Shown: positions 40,470 through 50,824, numbered from the stretch's first letter. The stretch is 64,000 nucleotides of DNA from Acidobacteriota bacterium (GCA_965209055.1 OZ242374.1:992001-1056000); one strand, 5' to 3'. Notes: generated by a model not told the origin, from the letters alone. Numbers and translations are program-made.

Positions 40470-42473
40470 ATGATTGAACTCGGTCGATATTGTCTGCTTG
40501 GCGGTCTAGCTCTGTCCGGGTACGGCGCCGTCGTGGCGGCCATCGCGGGACGCAGGAAGAACCTGGCACTGGCCCGGAGCGCCGAAAACAGTCTCGTGGC
40601 CGCGTTCGTGGTCGTGGTGGCGGCCTCCGCCTGTCTCATCCGTCTCCTCATGACGGACGATTTCCGCGTGCAATACGTCGCGTCCTACAGCGCCAGCAGC
40701 ATTCCCACGGTCTACAAGTTCAGCGCGTTCTGGGGCGGCCAGTCAGGGAGCCTGCTCATGTGGGCCCTGGTCCTGGCCTTCTTCTGCCTGGTTGCCGTGG
40801 TCCAGAACCGGAACCGCAACCGGAAACTGATGCCCTATGCCGTCGCCGTGATGGCCGGGACCCTGGGCTTCTTCATGCTCCTGTTGTCCTTTGCCACCAA
40901 TCCCTTCGACACCTTTCCCGCCGGAGCGGCACCTTCCGATGGCAACGGTCTCAATCCTCTGCTCCAAAACTCGTACATGGTGATCCATCCGCCGATTCTC
41001 TACCTGGGCTACATCGGCCTGACCATCCCCTTCGCCTTCGCCATGGCCGCTCTCATGTCCCGCACGCTGGACACCTCCTGGATCCGCGTGACCCGGCGCT
41101 GGACCCTGGTGGCCTGGATCTTCCTGACCATGGGCTTCACGCTGGGCGGGGTCTGGGCCTACGAGGAGCTGGGATGGGGAGGATACTGGGCATGGGACCC
41201 GGTGGAGAACTCCTCCTTCATGCCCTGGCTCTTCGCCACCGCCTTCCTGCACTCCATCATGATCACCGAGAAGAAGGGGATGCTGAAGCTGTGGAACTTC
41301 ATCCTGGTCCTGGTCGCCTTCGAGCTCTCCATCTTCGGCACCTTCATCACCCGGAGCGGCGTCATCTCATCGGTCCATTCCTTCGCCGTCTCCAACCTGG
41401 GACCGATGTTGGCGGTGTTCCTGTTGGTATCGACCCTGTTCGGGGTCTTCTGGATCGTCCGTAGATCGGATCAGCTCCGGAGCGAGCAGAAGATGAAGTC
41501 CTTCCTCTCGCGGGAAGCGACCTTCCTGCTGAACAACCTGCTGTTCGTCTCCATCTGCTTCGCCATCTTCTGGGGCACCGTCTTTCCCATCGTCACCGAG
41601 TGGGTCCTGGGGGGCGAGAAGATCACGGTGGCGGCGCCCTTCTTCAACCAGGTCACCTGGCCCCTGGCCCTGACCCTCCTGGCGCTCACCGGTATCTGCC
41701 CGCTGATCGCCTGGAGAAAGGCCTCCCTCAAGAATTTCCAGCGGAACTTCCTGATCCCGCTGGCCGGCGGGCTGCTCTTTGGAGGACTGGCCCTGTTCCT
41801 GGGCGTGCGGAGCATGATCCCTCTGCTCTTCTATTCCGCCTGCGGCTTCGTGGCCTTCTGCGTCTTCTTCGAGTTCTACAAGGGCGCCCGGGCCCGCCAG
41901 GGCATACGCTCCTCATCGTTCCTGGTCGCCCTGAAGGACCTGACCCTCATGAACAAGCGCCGCTACGGCGGCTTCATCATCCACCTGGGGGTCGTCGTGG
42001 CCTTCATCGGCATCATTTCCAGCTCGTTCTTCGACTCTGAGGAACTGGTCACCGTGAATCGGGGCGAGGAGTTCAAGCTGGGGCAGTACACCCTCAAGTT
42101 CCATGAGCTGGTCCAGAGAGCGGACCCGGAAAAGGACGTGGTCTACGCTCGAATCAGCGGATACGAGAACCAGGAGCCCATCGGCAACTTCTTCCCACAG
42201 AAACATTTTCACCACAAGGGCCAGCAACCCCAAAGCGAAGTGTCGATTCGGCGCACCCTCATGGACGATGTTTACGTGGTTCTGTCCGGCTACAACGAAG
42301 ACCTGACCCAGGCGACGTTCCACGTCTTCCTGAATCCCATGGTGCAGTGGGTCTGGATCGGCATCGGCATCATGGTCCTGGCCGGAGTCTTCCTCTTTTT
42401 CCCGGACAAGAAGCCGGTTGCGCGAGCTCGTGTGCGACGCCGGAGGGAGAGAGTTCGGACGGAAGCCGCCTGA
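40470..42473 (+). CDS. ccmF: Cytochrome c heme lyase CcmF
   Basis: HPP, WAYEELGWGGYWAWDPVEN and RSG..SVHSF motifs. Confidence 0.96.
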   Translation: MIELGRYCLLGGLALSGYGAVVAAIAGRRKNLALARSAENSLVAAFVVVVAASACLIRLLMTDDFRVQYVASYSASSIPTVYKFSAFWGGQSGSLLMWALVLAFFCLVAVVQNRNRNRKLMPYAVAVMAGTLGFFMLLLSFATNPFDTFPAGAAPSDGNGLNPLLQNSYMVIHPPILYLGYIGLTIPFAFAMAALMSRTLDTSWIRVTRRWTLVAWIFLTMGFTLGGVWAYEELGWGGYWAWDPVENSSFMPWLFATAFLHSIMITEKKGMLKLWNFILVLVAFELSIFGTFITRSGVISSVHSFAVSNLGPMLAVFLLVSTLFGVFWIVRRSDQLRSEQKMKSFLSREATFLLNNLLFVSICFAIFWGTVFPIVTEWVLGGEKITVAAPFFNQVTWPLALTLLALTGICPLIAWRKASLKNFQRNFLIPLAGGLLFGGLALFLGVRSMIPLLFYSACGFVAFCVFFEFYKGARARQGIRSSSFLVALKDLTLMNKRRYGGFIIHLGVVVAFIGIISSSFFDSEELVTVNRGEEFKLGQYTLKFHELVQRADPEKDVVYARISGYENQEPIGNFFPQKHFHHKGQQPQSEVSIRRTLMDDVYVVLSGYNEDLTQATFHVFLNPMVQWVWIGIGIMVLAGVFLFFPDKKPVARARVRRRRERVRTEAA

Positions 42474-42513
42474 TCCCGAAACGGCGGATTTCTACCCCTT
42501 GCGAGGAGTCTTC

Positions 42514-42825
42514 ATGGAGCTGATCATCGCTCCCATTCTTTTCATCGGAATGGTCCTTTACGTAGCCTATCCCCTGCTGTGGGGGGAGACCAAAACGGGA
42601 CCTCCCCCGGAAGCGCCCCGGACCGACCGCCAGGCGGTCCTGCGGGAGAAGGAGGATGTCGTCTCCGACCTGAAGGACATCGAGATGGATTTCCGAATGG
42701 GCAAGCTTTCGTCCCGGGACTACGAGGAATTGAAGTCCGAATACGAGGAGAGAGCCGTGGAGGTCTTCGAGCAGGTCGAGGCGCTTGAGCGGAAGCGGAA
42801 AAAGACCCGGAAGACCAGGGCCTGA
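42514..42825 (+). CDS. Small membrane-anchored protein, CcmI N-terminal-like
   Basis: TM followed by LKDIEMDFRMGKLS..DY; lies inside the ccm operon; GAGGAG RBS. Confidence 0.65.
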   Translation: MELIIAPILFIGMVLYVAYPLLWGETKTGPPPEAPRTDRQAVLREKEDVVSDLKDIEMDFRMGKLSSRDYEELKSEYEERAVEVFEQVEALERKRKKTRKTRA

Positions 42826-43547
42826 TGGCGCTGCGCATCTCCAACCTCACCAAGCGGTTCGGAGCCTTTCGGGCCGTCTCGGATCTGACCCTCGAGATCG
42901 AAAAGGGCCAATTCGCCGCCCTGTTCGGGCCCAACGGCGCCGGGAAGACGACCCTGCTGAAACTCGTCGCCGGCCTGCTCAGGCCGACGAGCGGAACCAT
43001 CTCCCTCCGGTTCAACGGGTCCGGAGCGGGACGGCGCAATGTCGGCTACGTATCCCACCAGAGCCTGCTCTACCAGGAAATGAACGGGATGGAAAATCTG
43101 TTGTTCTACTCGCGGCTCTACGGCGTCGCCCGGCCACGGGAACGGTCCCGCAGGGTGCTGGAGAGGATGGGACTCGCCGGAGCTGGAGAGCAATTGGTCC
43201 GGGAGTACTCCCGGGGCATGAAGCAGCGGCTGACATTGGGCCGCGCGCTCCTGCACGAGCCCACCCTGCTGCTGCTGGACGAGCCCTACGTGGGTCTGGA
43301 CCAGCAGGGGAACCGGCTCCTGACAAGCATTCTCCGAAGTCTCAGGGATGGAACCCACACCGTACTTCTCGTGACCCATAATTTGGCGGAGGGCCTGGAG
43401 CTTTGCGACCGGGTCCTGATTCAACACCGGGGTTCCCTGGTGTACGACCGTTCCTCCGACGGTCTGGGACGGCGCGAGGTTGAGGCGTTGTACATGGGAG
43501 CCGTGGAGGGGGAGGGAACGGCATCCCGTTCCGGGTCACGGGAGTGA
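42825..43547 (+). CDS. ccmA: Heme ABC exporter ATPase CcmA
   Basis: GPNGAGKT, YSRGMKQR, LLDEP and VTH motifs; operon context. Confidence 0.85.
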   Translation: MALRISNLTKRFGAFRAVSDLTLEIEKGQFAALFGPNGAGKTTLLKLVAGLLRPTSGTISLRFNGSGAGRRNVGYVSHQSLLYQEMNGMENLLFYSRLYGVARPRERSRRVLERMGLAGAGEQLVREYSRGMKQRLTLGRALLHEPTLLLLDEPYVGLDQQGNRLLTSILRSLRDGTHTVLLVTHNLAEGLELCDRVLIQHRGSLVYDRSSDGLGRREVEALYMGAVEGEGTASRSGSRE

Positions 43548-43590
43548 TGCCGGCGAAGCTGCCCATCTTGTGCCGGCGGGATCTTGAGTC

Positions 43591-44889
43591 ATGAGTTGGT
43601 GGAACCTCTACTCGGCGCTTGGATGCTGCACGCTGGTCTTCCTGGCCTGGCTCAGTTCCACCAATCGGCGCGGCGTCTCGTGGAGAACGTCGGCGGCGGC
43701 CGCCGCCACCGTGGCGGTCATGGGAATCCTGGTCTTCTGGTGGCCCTTTTTCCGGGTCTGCCTGGTGGCCCTCAACGGCGCCGTGACCACTCTGCTCAAC
43801 GCCTCCGGCGCCGGCGCACGATTCCTCTTCGGTCCTCTGGCGGCCGGTCCGGGACAGGAGGAATCCCTGGGCTTCATCCTGGCCTTCCAGGTCTTCCCGG
43901 CCGTGGTCTTCTTCTCGGTGATCGTCTCTCTGCTCTATCACTTCGGAGTCCTTCCCTTCGTGGTGAGAAACATCGCCCGATGGGTTCACCGGGGATTCGG
44001 CATCAGCGGAGCCGAAGCCCTGGCCACCAGCAGCAACCTGTTCGTCGGCGTCGAATCGACGCTGACGGTCCGGCCCTTTCTGGAGCGCATGACCCGATCC
44101 GAATTGACGATGGTCCTGGCGTCGGGCCTCTCCACCATCGCCAGCTCGGTTCTGGCCGTCTACGCCGGTCTCCTGGAGCCCGTCTTTCCCTATATCGCCG
44201 GGCATTTGATCTCCGCGTCGGTGCTCTCCATTCCCGCGGCCGTTCTGATGTCCAAGATCATCGTCCCGGAAGAAGAAGAGCCTCAGACCCGGCGCACGGT
44301 ACCTCCCATGAAGGATTTCGCCGGGTCTCCAAACTGGATGGGAAGCCTCATCCAGGGCGCCAACGACGGCGTCCGCCTGTCGGTGGGAGTCGGCGCCCTC
44401 CTGATCGGAATGCTGGGATTGGTCGAGCTGCTGGACGTAATATTGGGAACGACGGCGGGCTGGGTCTCGAACCTGACGCTCCAGAAGGAACTGGATCTCA
44501 CGCTGCGGACACTCTTGAGCTGGGTCGCCTATCCCCTGGTTCTCTGTCTGGGGCTGACGCCGGACGAGTGGCCCGTCGCCGCCCGGCTCATCGGCGAACG
44601 CTGGATCCTGACCGAGGTGGTGGCCTACCAGGACCTGGCGAGTGTGGTCGCGGCGGGCGAGCTCTCGCCCCGAGGCCTCATGGTCCTGAGCTATGCCCTC
44701 TGCGGTTTCACTCACGTGCCTTCCGTGGCCATCTTCGCCGGGGGGCTGTCGGTGCTGGTCCCGGCTCGAAGAAACGACTTGGCCCGCCTCAGTTGGCCCG
44801 CCCTCTGGGCGGCCACACTTGCCACGCTCATGACCGGAGCGGCGGCGGGAGCCTTTTATCACGGTCAGGAAGGGTTGATGGGGCTTTGA
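43591..44889 (+). CDS. Concentrative nucleoside transporter (CNT/NupC family)
   Basis: FAF-like LAFQVFP.VVFFS, NLFVG..E, EVVAY, SYALCGF and ATLATLM motifs. Confidence 0.88.
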   Translation: MSWWNLYSALGCCTLVFLAWLSSTNRRGVSWRTSAAAAATVAVMGILVFWWPFFRVCLVALNGAVTTLLNASGAGARFLFGPLAAGPGQEESLGFILAFQVFPAVVFFSVIVSLLYHFGVLPFVVRNIARWVHRGFGISGAEALATSSNLFVGVESTLTVRPFLERMTRSELTMVLASGLSTIASSVLAVYAGLLEPVFPYIAGHLISASVLSIPAAVLMSKIIVPEEEEPQTRRTVPPMKDFAGSPNWMGSLIQGANDGVRLSVGVGALLIGMLGLVELLDVILGTTAGWVSNLTLQKELDLTLRTLLSWVAYPLVLCLGLTPDEWPVAARLIGERWILTEVVAYQDLASVVAAGELSPRGLMVLSYALCGFTHVPSVAIFAGGLSVLVPARRNDLARLSWPALWAATLATLMTGAAAGAFYHGQEGLMGL

Positions 44890-45587
44890 GTCCCATTCGA
44901 AGCGTGCTGGACGGGCTGGGCCTGATCTGGACGCTGGCCGAGAAGGATCTTCGAATCGAATTCAGATCCCGCCAGGCCTTCTTCACCACCCTCTTCTTCT
45001 CTTTCCTGATCCTGATGGTGTTCAGCTTCGCGTTCGACCCGGCGAGCGAGACCACGCGGAAGGCGGCTCCGGGCATTCTCTGGGTGGCCCTGATCTTTCC
45101 CGGCGTGATTCAGCTCAATCGCTCGTTCCAATCGGAAAGAGAGGACGGGACGCTGCTCGGGATTCTCGTTTCGCCCATGGACCGGGGACTCATCTTTTTC
45201 GGCAAGTTCCTGGCCAATTGGATCTTCCTGTTGGCCGTCGACCTGTTGACCCTGGCCATCTTCATGGTCATTTTCAAGTTTTCCCCGACCCCGGCCACGC
45301 TCTGGATGCTGCTTTTGATTCTCCTCTCCAGCCTGGGATTCTCTGCCGTGGGGACATTGTTCGGCGCCATGGTCTCCAGCATCCGGACCCGGGAGGTCCT
45401 GCTTCCCATACTGTTGTTTCCCATCGTCATTCCGGTGATCCTGGCGGCGGTGAACGGCAGCACGGAGGTTCTGCTGGGGGAAAAGTTCCGCTTATTCTTC
45501 CAATGGATTAAGATACTGGTCGCCTTTGACGTGATCTTCCTGGCGGCCTCTTATCTGGTGTTCGAGTATGTGGTCGAAGAATCTTGA
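44886..45587 (+). CDS. ccmB: Heme exporter permease CcmB
   Basis: KDLRIEFR, PGILW, EREDGTL and LLPILLFP.VIP. Start is TTG 44886 or GTG 44904. Confidence 0.9.
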   Translation: MSPIRSVLDGLGLIWTLAEKDLRIEFRSRQAFFTTLFFSFLILMVFSFAFDPASETTRKAAPGILWVALIFPGVIQLNRSFQSEREDGTLLGILVSPMDRGLIFFGKFLANWIFLLAVDLLTLAIFMVIFKFSPTPATLWMLLLILLSSLGFSAVGTLFGAMVSSIRTREVLLPILLFPIVIPVILAAVNGSTEVLLGEKFRLFFQWIKILVAFDVIFLAASYLVFEYVVEES

Positions 45588-46290
45588 TGCGGACCGGCAG
45601 ACGATTCGCCGTTACACGGTTTGGGCCGGACGGCTCATGGCGCCGGCCTACCTTCTGGGAGCGTTGGCCCTCTACGCCGCATTCCTGTACGCCCCCACGG
45701 AGCAGGTCATGGGCGACGTTCAGCGGATCTTCTACTTCCACGTGGGGTCCGCCTGGAACGCCTTTCTGGCCTTTCTGGTCGTCTTCCTGGCCAGTATCGC
45801 GTATCTCAAGACCCGGCGCGTCAAATGGGACCAGTTGGCCGTGGCCTCCACCGAGGTGGGCGTGGTGTTCACGACCATCACCCTGGTCACCGGGTCGATC
45901 TGGGCCAAGCCGATCTGGTACACCTGGTGGCCGGTGGGCGATCCGCGGGTCACGACCACGCTGGTGTTGTGGCTGATGTACGTCTCGTACCTCATCCTCC
46001 GGAGCAGCCTTCCCGAGGGGGATCAGAAATACAAATTCTGCGCCGTGCTGGGCATCGTCGGTTTCATCAACGTCCCCATCGTCTGGATGTCCATCCGCTG
46101 GTGGAGGACCCACCATCCCGTGGTCATCACTTCCAGCGGCATGAATCTGGAGTCGAGGATGGTGGACGCGCTGATGATCTCCGTATTCGCTTTCGCGGCC
46201 CTCTATTCGGTCCTTCTCTGCTTGAGAACATCCATGCGTCTCCAAGAGCGCGTGACTCGGGAAATGGAAGCGGAGGTTCTGGCCAAATGA
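45568..46290 (+). CDS. ccmC: Heme exporter CcmC
   Basis: RIFYFHV, GSIWAKPIW.TWW..DPR (WWD domain) and WWRTHHP. Start uncertain. Confidence 0.93.
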   Translation: MWSKNLDADRQTIRRYTVWAGRLMAPAYLLGALALYAAFLYAPTEQVMGDVQRIFYFHVGSAWNAFLAFLVVFLASIAYLKTRRVKWDQLAVASTEVGVVFTTITLVTGSIWAKPIWYTWWPVGDPRVTTTLVLWLMYVSYLILRSSLPEGDQKYKFCAVLGIVGFINVPIVWMSIRWWRTHHPVVITSSGMNLESRMVDALMISVFAFAALYSVLLCLRTSMRLQERVTREMEAEVLAK

Positions 46291-46303
46291 TGGAGAACGG
46301 ATC

Positions 46304-46465
46304 ATGATCGGCTATCTCTTCGCCGCCTACATGGTCATCTGGACCCTGCTGTTTGCCTACCTTCTCCATATTGCCCGGTCCCAGCGCCGGCTGGGGCGGC
46401 GGCTGGATGCGCTGTCCGCGGAGATCCAGGACCGCGGCGGCACTTCCGGCGGCTCCAAGTCCTGA
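46304..46465 (+). CDS. ccmD: CcmD family small membrane protein (below the ORF-track cut-off)
   Basis: MIGYLFAAYMVIWTLLFAYLLHIARSQRRL..., 53 aa, with a GGAG RBS, directly after ccmC. Confidence 0.85.
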   Translation: MIGYLFAAYMVIWTLLFAYLLHIARSQRRLGRRLDALSAEIQDRGGTSGGSKS

Positions 46466-46466
46466 C

Positions 46467-46516
46467 TCAAGGGCGGGACATCCGCCCTTGACAGCCCCGA
46501 TTTCGAATCTTACTAG
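46467..46516 (+). promoter_or_regulatory. Hairpin after ccmD overlapping the putative dnaK promoter
   Basis: Stem TCAAGGGCGG-GACAT-CCGCCCTTGA; TTGACA(46488)-17bp-TACTAG. Confidence 0.5.
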
Positions 46517-46551
46517 TCATTAGCGAATAGACACGCAGGAGGAAGACCGAA

Positions 46552-48477
46552 ATGTCGAGAATCATCGGTATCGATCTGGGAACCACGAACTCCGTGGTGG
46601 CGGTGATGGAAGGAAACAAGCCGACCGTCATCGCCAACCAGGAAGGCGGCCGCACGACTGCTTCAGTCGTCGCCATCACCAAGAGCGGCGAGCGCCTGGT
46701 GGGCCAGGTGGCCAAGCGTCAAGCCATCACCAATCCCGAGAACACCGCCTATTCCATCAAGCGTTTCATGGGGCGCAAGTACGGCGAAGTGAACGAAGAG
46801 ATCGGAATGGTCCCCTACCAGGTCTACGCCGCTGGCAACGGTGACGCCCAGGTGGTCCTGGGAGGCAAGAATCTCTCCCCACCCGAAGTGTCGGCCATGA
46901 TCCTGCAAAAGCTCCGGTCCGCCGCCGAGGAGTATCTGGGCGAGAGCGTCGCCCAGGCCGTCATCACCGTTCCGGCCTACTTCAACGACTCGCAGCGGCA
47001 GGCCACCAAGGACGCCGGAAAAATAGCCGGACTGGAGGTCCTGAGGCTCGTCAACGAGCCGACGGCCGCCGCTCTGGCTTATGGCCTGGACCAGAAGGAG
47101 GACCAGACCATCGCCGTTTTCGACTTCGGCGGCGGCACCTTCGACATCTCGATCCTGGAGGTCGGCGAGGGGATCGTCGAGGTCAAGGCCACCAACGGCG
47201 ACACGCACCTGGGCGGCGACAACATCGATCAACGCCTCATCGACTGGGTGGTCGACGAATTCCAGAAAGATCAGGGAATCGATCTCTCCCGGGACAAGAT
47301 GGCCCTGCAGCGATTGAAGGAGGCGGCGGAAAAGGCCAAGACCGAACTCTCCACGACCCAGGAGACCGACATCAACCTTCCGTTCATCACGGCCGACGCC
47401 AGCGGTCCCAAGCACCTGAACCTGAAGCTGACCCGGTCCCGCTTCGAGCGGTTGGTGGAAGACCTGCTGCAAAGGACGGTGAAACCTTGCCGCCAAGCTC
47501 TGGCGGATGCCTCCATGAATCCCCAGGAAGTGAACGAGGTGGTTCTGGTCGGCGGCTCCACGCGGATCCCGAGAGTGCACGAGATCGTCCGCGAGTTCTT
47601 CGGCAAAGAGCCTCACAAGGGTGTCAATCCGGACGAGGTGGTCGGCGTAGGCGCCGCCGTCCAAGCCGGCGTTCTGGGAGGAGAGGTCAAGGATGTCCTG
47701 CTCCTGGACGTCACGCCGCTTTCTCTCGGTATCGAGACTTTGGGCGGCGTCGCCACCGTGCTGATTCCCAGAAATACGACCATTCCCACGCGCAAGAGCG
47801 AAGTCTTCTCCACTGCCGCCGACAGCCAGACTTCGGTTGAGGTGCATGTACAGCAGGGAGAACGGCCCATGGCCAGAGACAACAAGTCTCTGGGACGGTT
47901 TCACCTGACGGGAATTCCACCCGCCCCCCGGGGCATCCCTCAGATCGAGGTGACCTTCGACATCGACGCCAACGGCATCCTCAACGTGAGCGCCAAAGAT
48001 CTGGGGACCGGAACGGAGCAGAAAATCACCATCACCGGCTCCAGCGGACTCAGCGACGACGAGATCCGGAATATGGTGAGGGAGGCCGAGGACCACAGCG
48101 AGGAAGACCGGCGGAAGAAGGAGGAGATCGAGGTCCGGAACCAAGCCGACAACCTGGTTTATTCCACCGAGAAACTGGTCAAGGACAACCGGGACAAGAT
48201 TCCGGAAGCGGACGCCAATGCCGTCGAGGCGGCCATCGCCGAAACCCGCAAAGCCATGGAGGGAGGCGACGTGGAGGCCATCAAGCAGAGCATGGAAACG
48301 CTGCAGCAGGCCTCGCACCAGGTGGCTCAGGCCATGTACCAACAGACTCAGCAGTCAGGACCTGCCGAGCCTCAGCCGTCCGGACCCGGCGGGCCGGAGA
48401 ATCCTGCGGGTGGCGCTCAAGAGGATGATGGCCAGGTGATCGACGCCGAATACGTCGACGTGGACGACAAGAAGTAA
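46552..48477 (+). CDS. dnaK: Chaperone DnaK
   Basis: [25 protein letters not shown] and DAEY motifs. Confidence 0.98.
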   Translation: MSRIIGIDLGTTNSVVAVMEGNKPTVIANQEGGRTTASVVAITKSGERLVGQVAKRQAITNPENTAYSIKRFMGRKYGEVNEEIGMVPYQVYAAGNGDAQVVLGGKNLSPPEVSAMILQKLRSAAEEYLGESVAQAVITVPAYFNDSQRQATKDAGKIAGLEVLRLVNEPTAAALAYGLDQKEDQTIAVFDFGGGTFDISILEVGEGIVEVKATNGDTHLGGDNIDQRLIDWVVDEFQKDQGIDLSRDKMALQRLKEAAEKAKTELSTTQETDINLPFITADASGPKHLNLKLTRSRFERLVEDLLQRTVKPCRQALADASMNPQEVNEVVLVGGSTRIPRVHEIVREFFGKEPHKGVNPDEVVGVGAAVQAGVLGGEVKDVLLLDVTPLSLGIETLGGVATVLIPRNTTIPTRKSEVFSTAADSQTSVEVHVQQGERPMARDNKSLGRFHLTGIPPAPRGIPQIEVTFDIDANGILNVSAKDLGTGTEQKITITGSSGLSDDEIRNMVREAEDHSEEDRRKKEEIEVRNQADNLVYSTEKLVKDNRDKIPEADANAVEAAIAETRKAMEGGDVEAIKQSMETLQQASHQVAQAMYQQTQQSGPAEPQPSGPGGPENPAGGAQEDDGQVIDAEYVDVDDKK

Positions 48478-48525
48478 TCCGGTTTTTTCCAGCTGGGGCG
48501 GGAACGAAACAGATCCGCTTTCAAG

Positions 48526-48975
48526 TCAACAGGAATCGATCCCGGCCACACTCCGCTCCGCCTTCCGGAGACGGTCCCTGAGCTTGGCGAACGCCTGTTC
48601 CGTTCTCCGCTGCGCCGTCTGGGAACCGGAGCTTCCCGACAGCAGTTCCTTGACCCGGCGAAAGGAGTGCTCCAGGTCAGGAAGAATCCTGGCGGTCCGG
48701 GTGGGGTCGTAGGGGATGCAGACCCGGTCCAATCCCAACTCGGTGAAAATCACCAGGTAGCGAGCGCTGGTGATGTCGGGACAGACGACTTTTTTGGATC
48801 CGGCACGGATCTCAAAACCTAGAAGCGTGTCCATGATCCGGGGGCTGCACTTTCTTCCCGGTAGGCTGACGAAGCGAACTCTTCCGTCCAGAACATGTTC
48901 TTTGTAAACGGCCTCGATGCAGCCCGTCTCATGTTCGATGCCTTCCGTATCCATGTCTTGCACCGGCTCGACCAA
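48526..48975 (-). CDS. Hypothetical protein
   Basis: 149-aa ORF with globular composition (TLLGFEI..CPD..ARYL..PYD) filling the gap between flanking genes. Confidence 0.7.
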   Translation of the reverse strand: MVEPVQDMDTEGIEHETGCIEAVYKEHVLDGRVRFVSLPGRKCSPRIMDTLLGFEIRAGSKKVVCPDITSARYLVIFTELGLDRVCIPYDPTRTARILPDLEHSFRRVKELLSGSSGSQTAQRRTEQAFAKLRDRLRKAERSVAGIDSC

Positions 48976-49081
48976 GGACGAAGTCCTCTATTGAATTCTA
49001 ATAGATTCTAACGCTTCGGAGGTTCCGACGAATGAGTGAGCCGAATCGGAACCCGAAGGCCCATGGATCGGCTTTGGTAAC

Positions 49082-49750
49082 ATGTCTATCGAAATGGCGC
49101 TGTTCACAGTCTGCGGCTTGAGCTTCTGGCAGCAGATCCAGGAGACGCTCAACGGCCTCTACGAGACGATCGTGGAGTATGGAGGGCCCGCCCTGCTGTT
49201 GGTGGCGCTGGCCGATTCCTCCTTCCTTTCCATTCCCGAAGGAAACGACATTCTCATCATTGCCTTGTCCACCGGACAGTCCTGGGACCTCATGGCCTAT
49301 TACGTGGCCATGACCATCACCGGATCGGTGATGGGATGCACGCTCCTGTACAGCGTCGGACGCAGAGGGGGGAACTTCGTCAAGAGGAGGTTGTCCGAGG
49401 AGAGGCGAACCGAGATGCGGCGGCTGTACAACCGCTGGGGGATCTGGACTCTGTTGGTGCCGGCCATCCTCCCCCCACCCACTCCCTTCAAGATCTTCGT
49501 CCTTTCCGCCGGACTCTTCCGGATCCCTCTGGCCCGATTCATTGTCCTGATCTCTCTGGGCAGGAGCATCCGGTACTTCATGTGGGGAATTTTGGCAGTC
49601 CTCTACGGCGAGGCGGCCAAGCAGCTCGTCCAAGAGGAAATGAAGACCGTGGGAGTGGTCCTTTTCGTGTCCCTGGCCGCCGTCTTGACGGGGATCGTCC
49701 TGATCCGGAGAAGAAACCGAAAGAAGGCTTTCTCCGGGGAGGCGACGTGA
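49082..49750 (+). CDS. DedA/VTT (YqaA-like) membrane protein
   Basis: ADSSFLSIP, GSVMG..Y.VGR, PPPTPFK and GRSIRY motifs. Confidence 0.85.
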   Translation: MSIEMALFTVCGLSFWQQIQETLNGLYETIVEYGGPALLLVALADSSFLSIPEGNDILIIALSTGQSWDLMAYYVAMTITGSVMGCTLLYSVGRRGGNFVKRRLSEERRTEMRRLYNRWGIWTLLVPAILPPPTPFKIFVLSAGLFRIPLARFIVLISLGRSIRYFMWGILAVLYGEAAKQLVQEEMKTVGVVLFVSLAAVLTGIVLIRRRNRKKAFSGEAT

Positions 49751-50625
49751 TTCCACCGGCCTCCGGTTCGGCAGGTCGCGCGCTCCTCGCGATCCTGATG
49801 CTGGCGCTGTTTCCGGCCGGCTGCAGAAAGGTCATCAAGACGAAGGTCCGGGTCGACAAGGCGCCGGTCCACCGCCAGGTTCTGCACTCCACGCTCCCCG
49901 ACCTGGTCCAACTGGTGAACTCATCCTACGCCGGTATGGAAAGCCTGATCGCCAAGATGAGCTTGGAGTTGCAAGGGGAAACGCCGGACGAAAACTACTA
50001 TGAGCGCTATCGGAAAACACCTGCCCAAATCATCGCCCAGAGCCCCGATTCCATCCGCATCAACGTGCAGAATCCGTTGACTCGAACCACCATCATCGCC
50101 ATGGCCAGCAGCCAGGCCAAATTCCAGATCTGGGCTCCTACGAAGAACAAGTTCGTAACCGGCAGCACCGATCTCGAGCGCAACGACGACAATCCCATCT
50201 ACAACGTGCGGCCGGAGCACGTATTCCCGGCCATCCTGATTGAGCCGCTGCCGGTGGGACCGTCGGCGGGGGTCTTCCTGATCGAGGAGACGGACGCAAG
50301 ATCCAAGTACTACGTCATCCATGAACTGGAAAGCGGGAATCTACGTCTGAAGAGGAGACTCTGGATCGAGCGCAGCAGGCTGGAATTGGTGCGTCAGGAT
50401 TACTACGACACCGACGGGGGGGTTGCCAGCTTGATTCGTTACACTGCGCCCGTCGCTGAGGGTCAGGCGGTCGTCAACACCGGGATCGTGCTGGAGCGGC
50501 CCCGGGATCGATACACGCTCCGGCTCCGGTTGGACCCGAAGAGCCTGAAGACCGGGCGCCAATTGGAGGAACGGCACTTCGACCTGCCGATTCCGCCGGG
50601 GGCGGAATTGATCGAGCTGCGATAG
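49747..50625 (+). CDS. Lipoprotein, DUF4292/LolA-LolB-like (tentative)
   Basis: Hydrophobic signal with FPAG-C lipobox and a beta-strand-rich mature domain. GTG overlaps the upstream stop. Confidence 0.6.
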   Translation: MIPPASGSAGRALLAILMLALFPAGCRKVIKTKVRVDKAPVHRQVLHSTLPDLVQLVNSSYAGMESLIAKMSLELQGETPDENYYERYRKTPAQIIAQSPDSIRINVQNPLTRTTIIAMASSQAKFQIWAPTKNKFVTGSTDLERNDDNPIYNVRPEHVFPAILIEPLPVGPSAGVFLIEETDARSKYYVIHELESGNLRLKRRLWIERSRLELVRQDYYDTDGGVASLIRYTAPVAEGQAVVNTGIVLERPRDRYTLRLRLDPKSLKTGRQLEERHFDLPIPPGAELIELR

Positions 50626-50824
50626 GCCGGAACAGGACACCGATTCACCTGGATTCTCCCGGTCGGCGGAGACCGCCGATCCCCTGGCTGCCGGCGTCCG
50701 ACGACGTTGAAGCCCGATTCCGAACCGGTATACAATGTCGTTTGCGGTTACCCTGGATCGTCCAGTCAAGGCTCGTGGCCGAGAGGGCTCCCGTCATTTG
50801 ATTTTCGCTCCGGGACTCTCCTGA

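Noticed and set aside
43584-45587. 667-aa ORF suggesting a long CcmB fusion
   Set aside because: The first ~434 codons are an alternate frame of the nucleoside transporter with non-protein-like composition. Only the 3' part is CcmB.
46500-46551. CIRCE element before dnaK (TTAGCG...)
   Set aside because: Only TTAGC matches, and the inverted half-site is missing.
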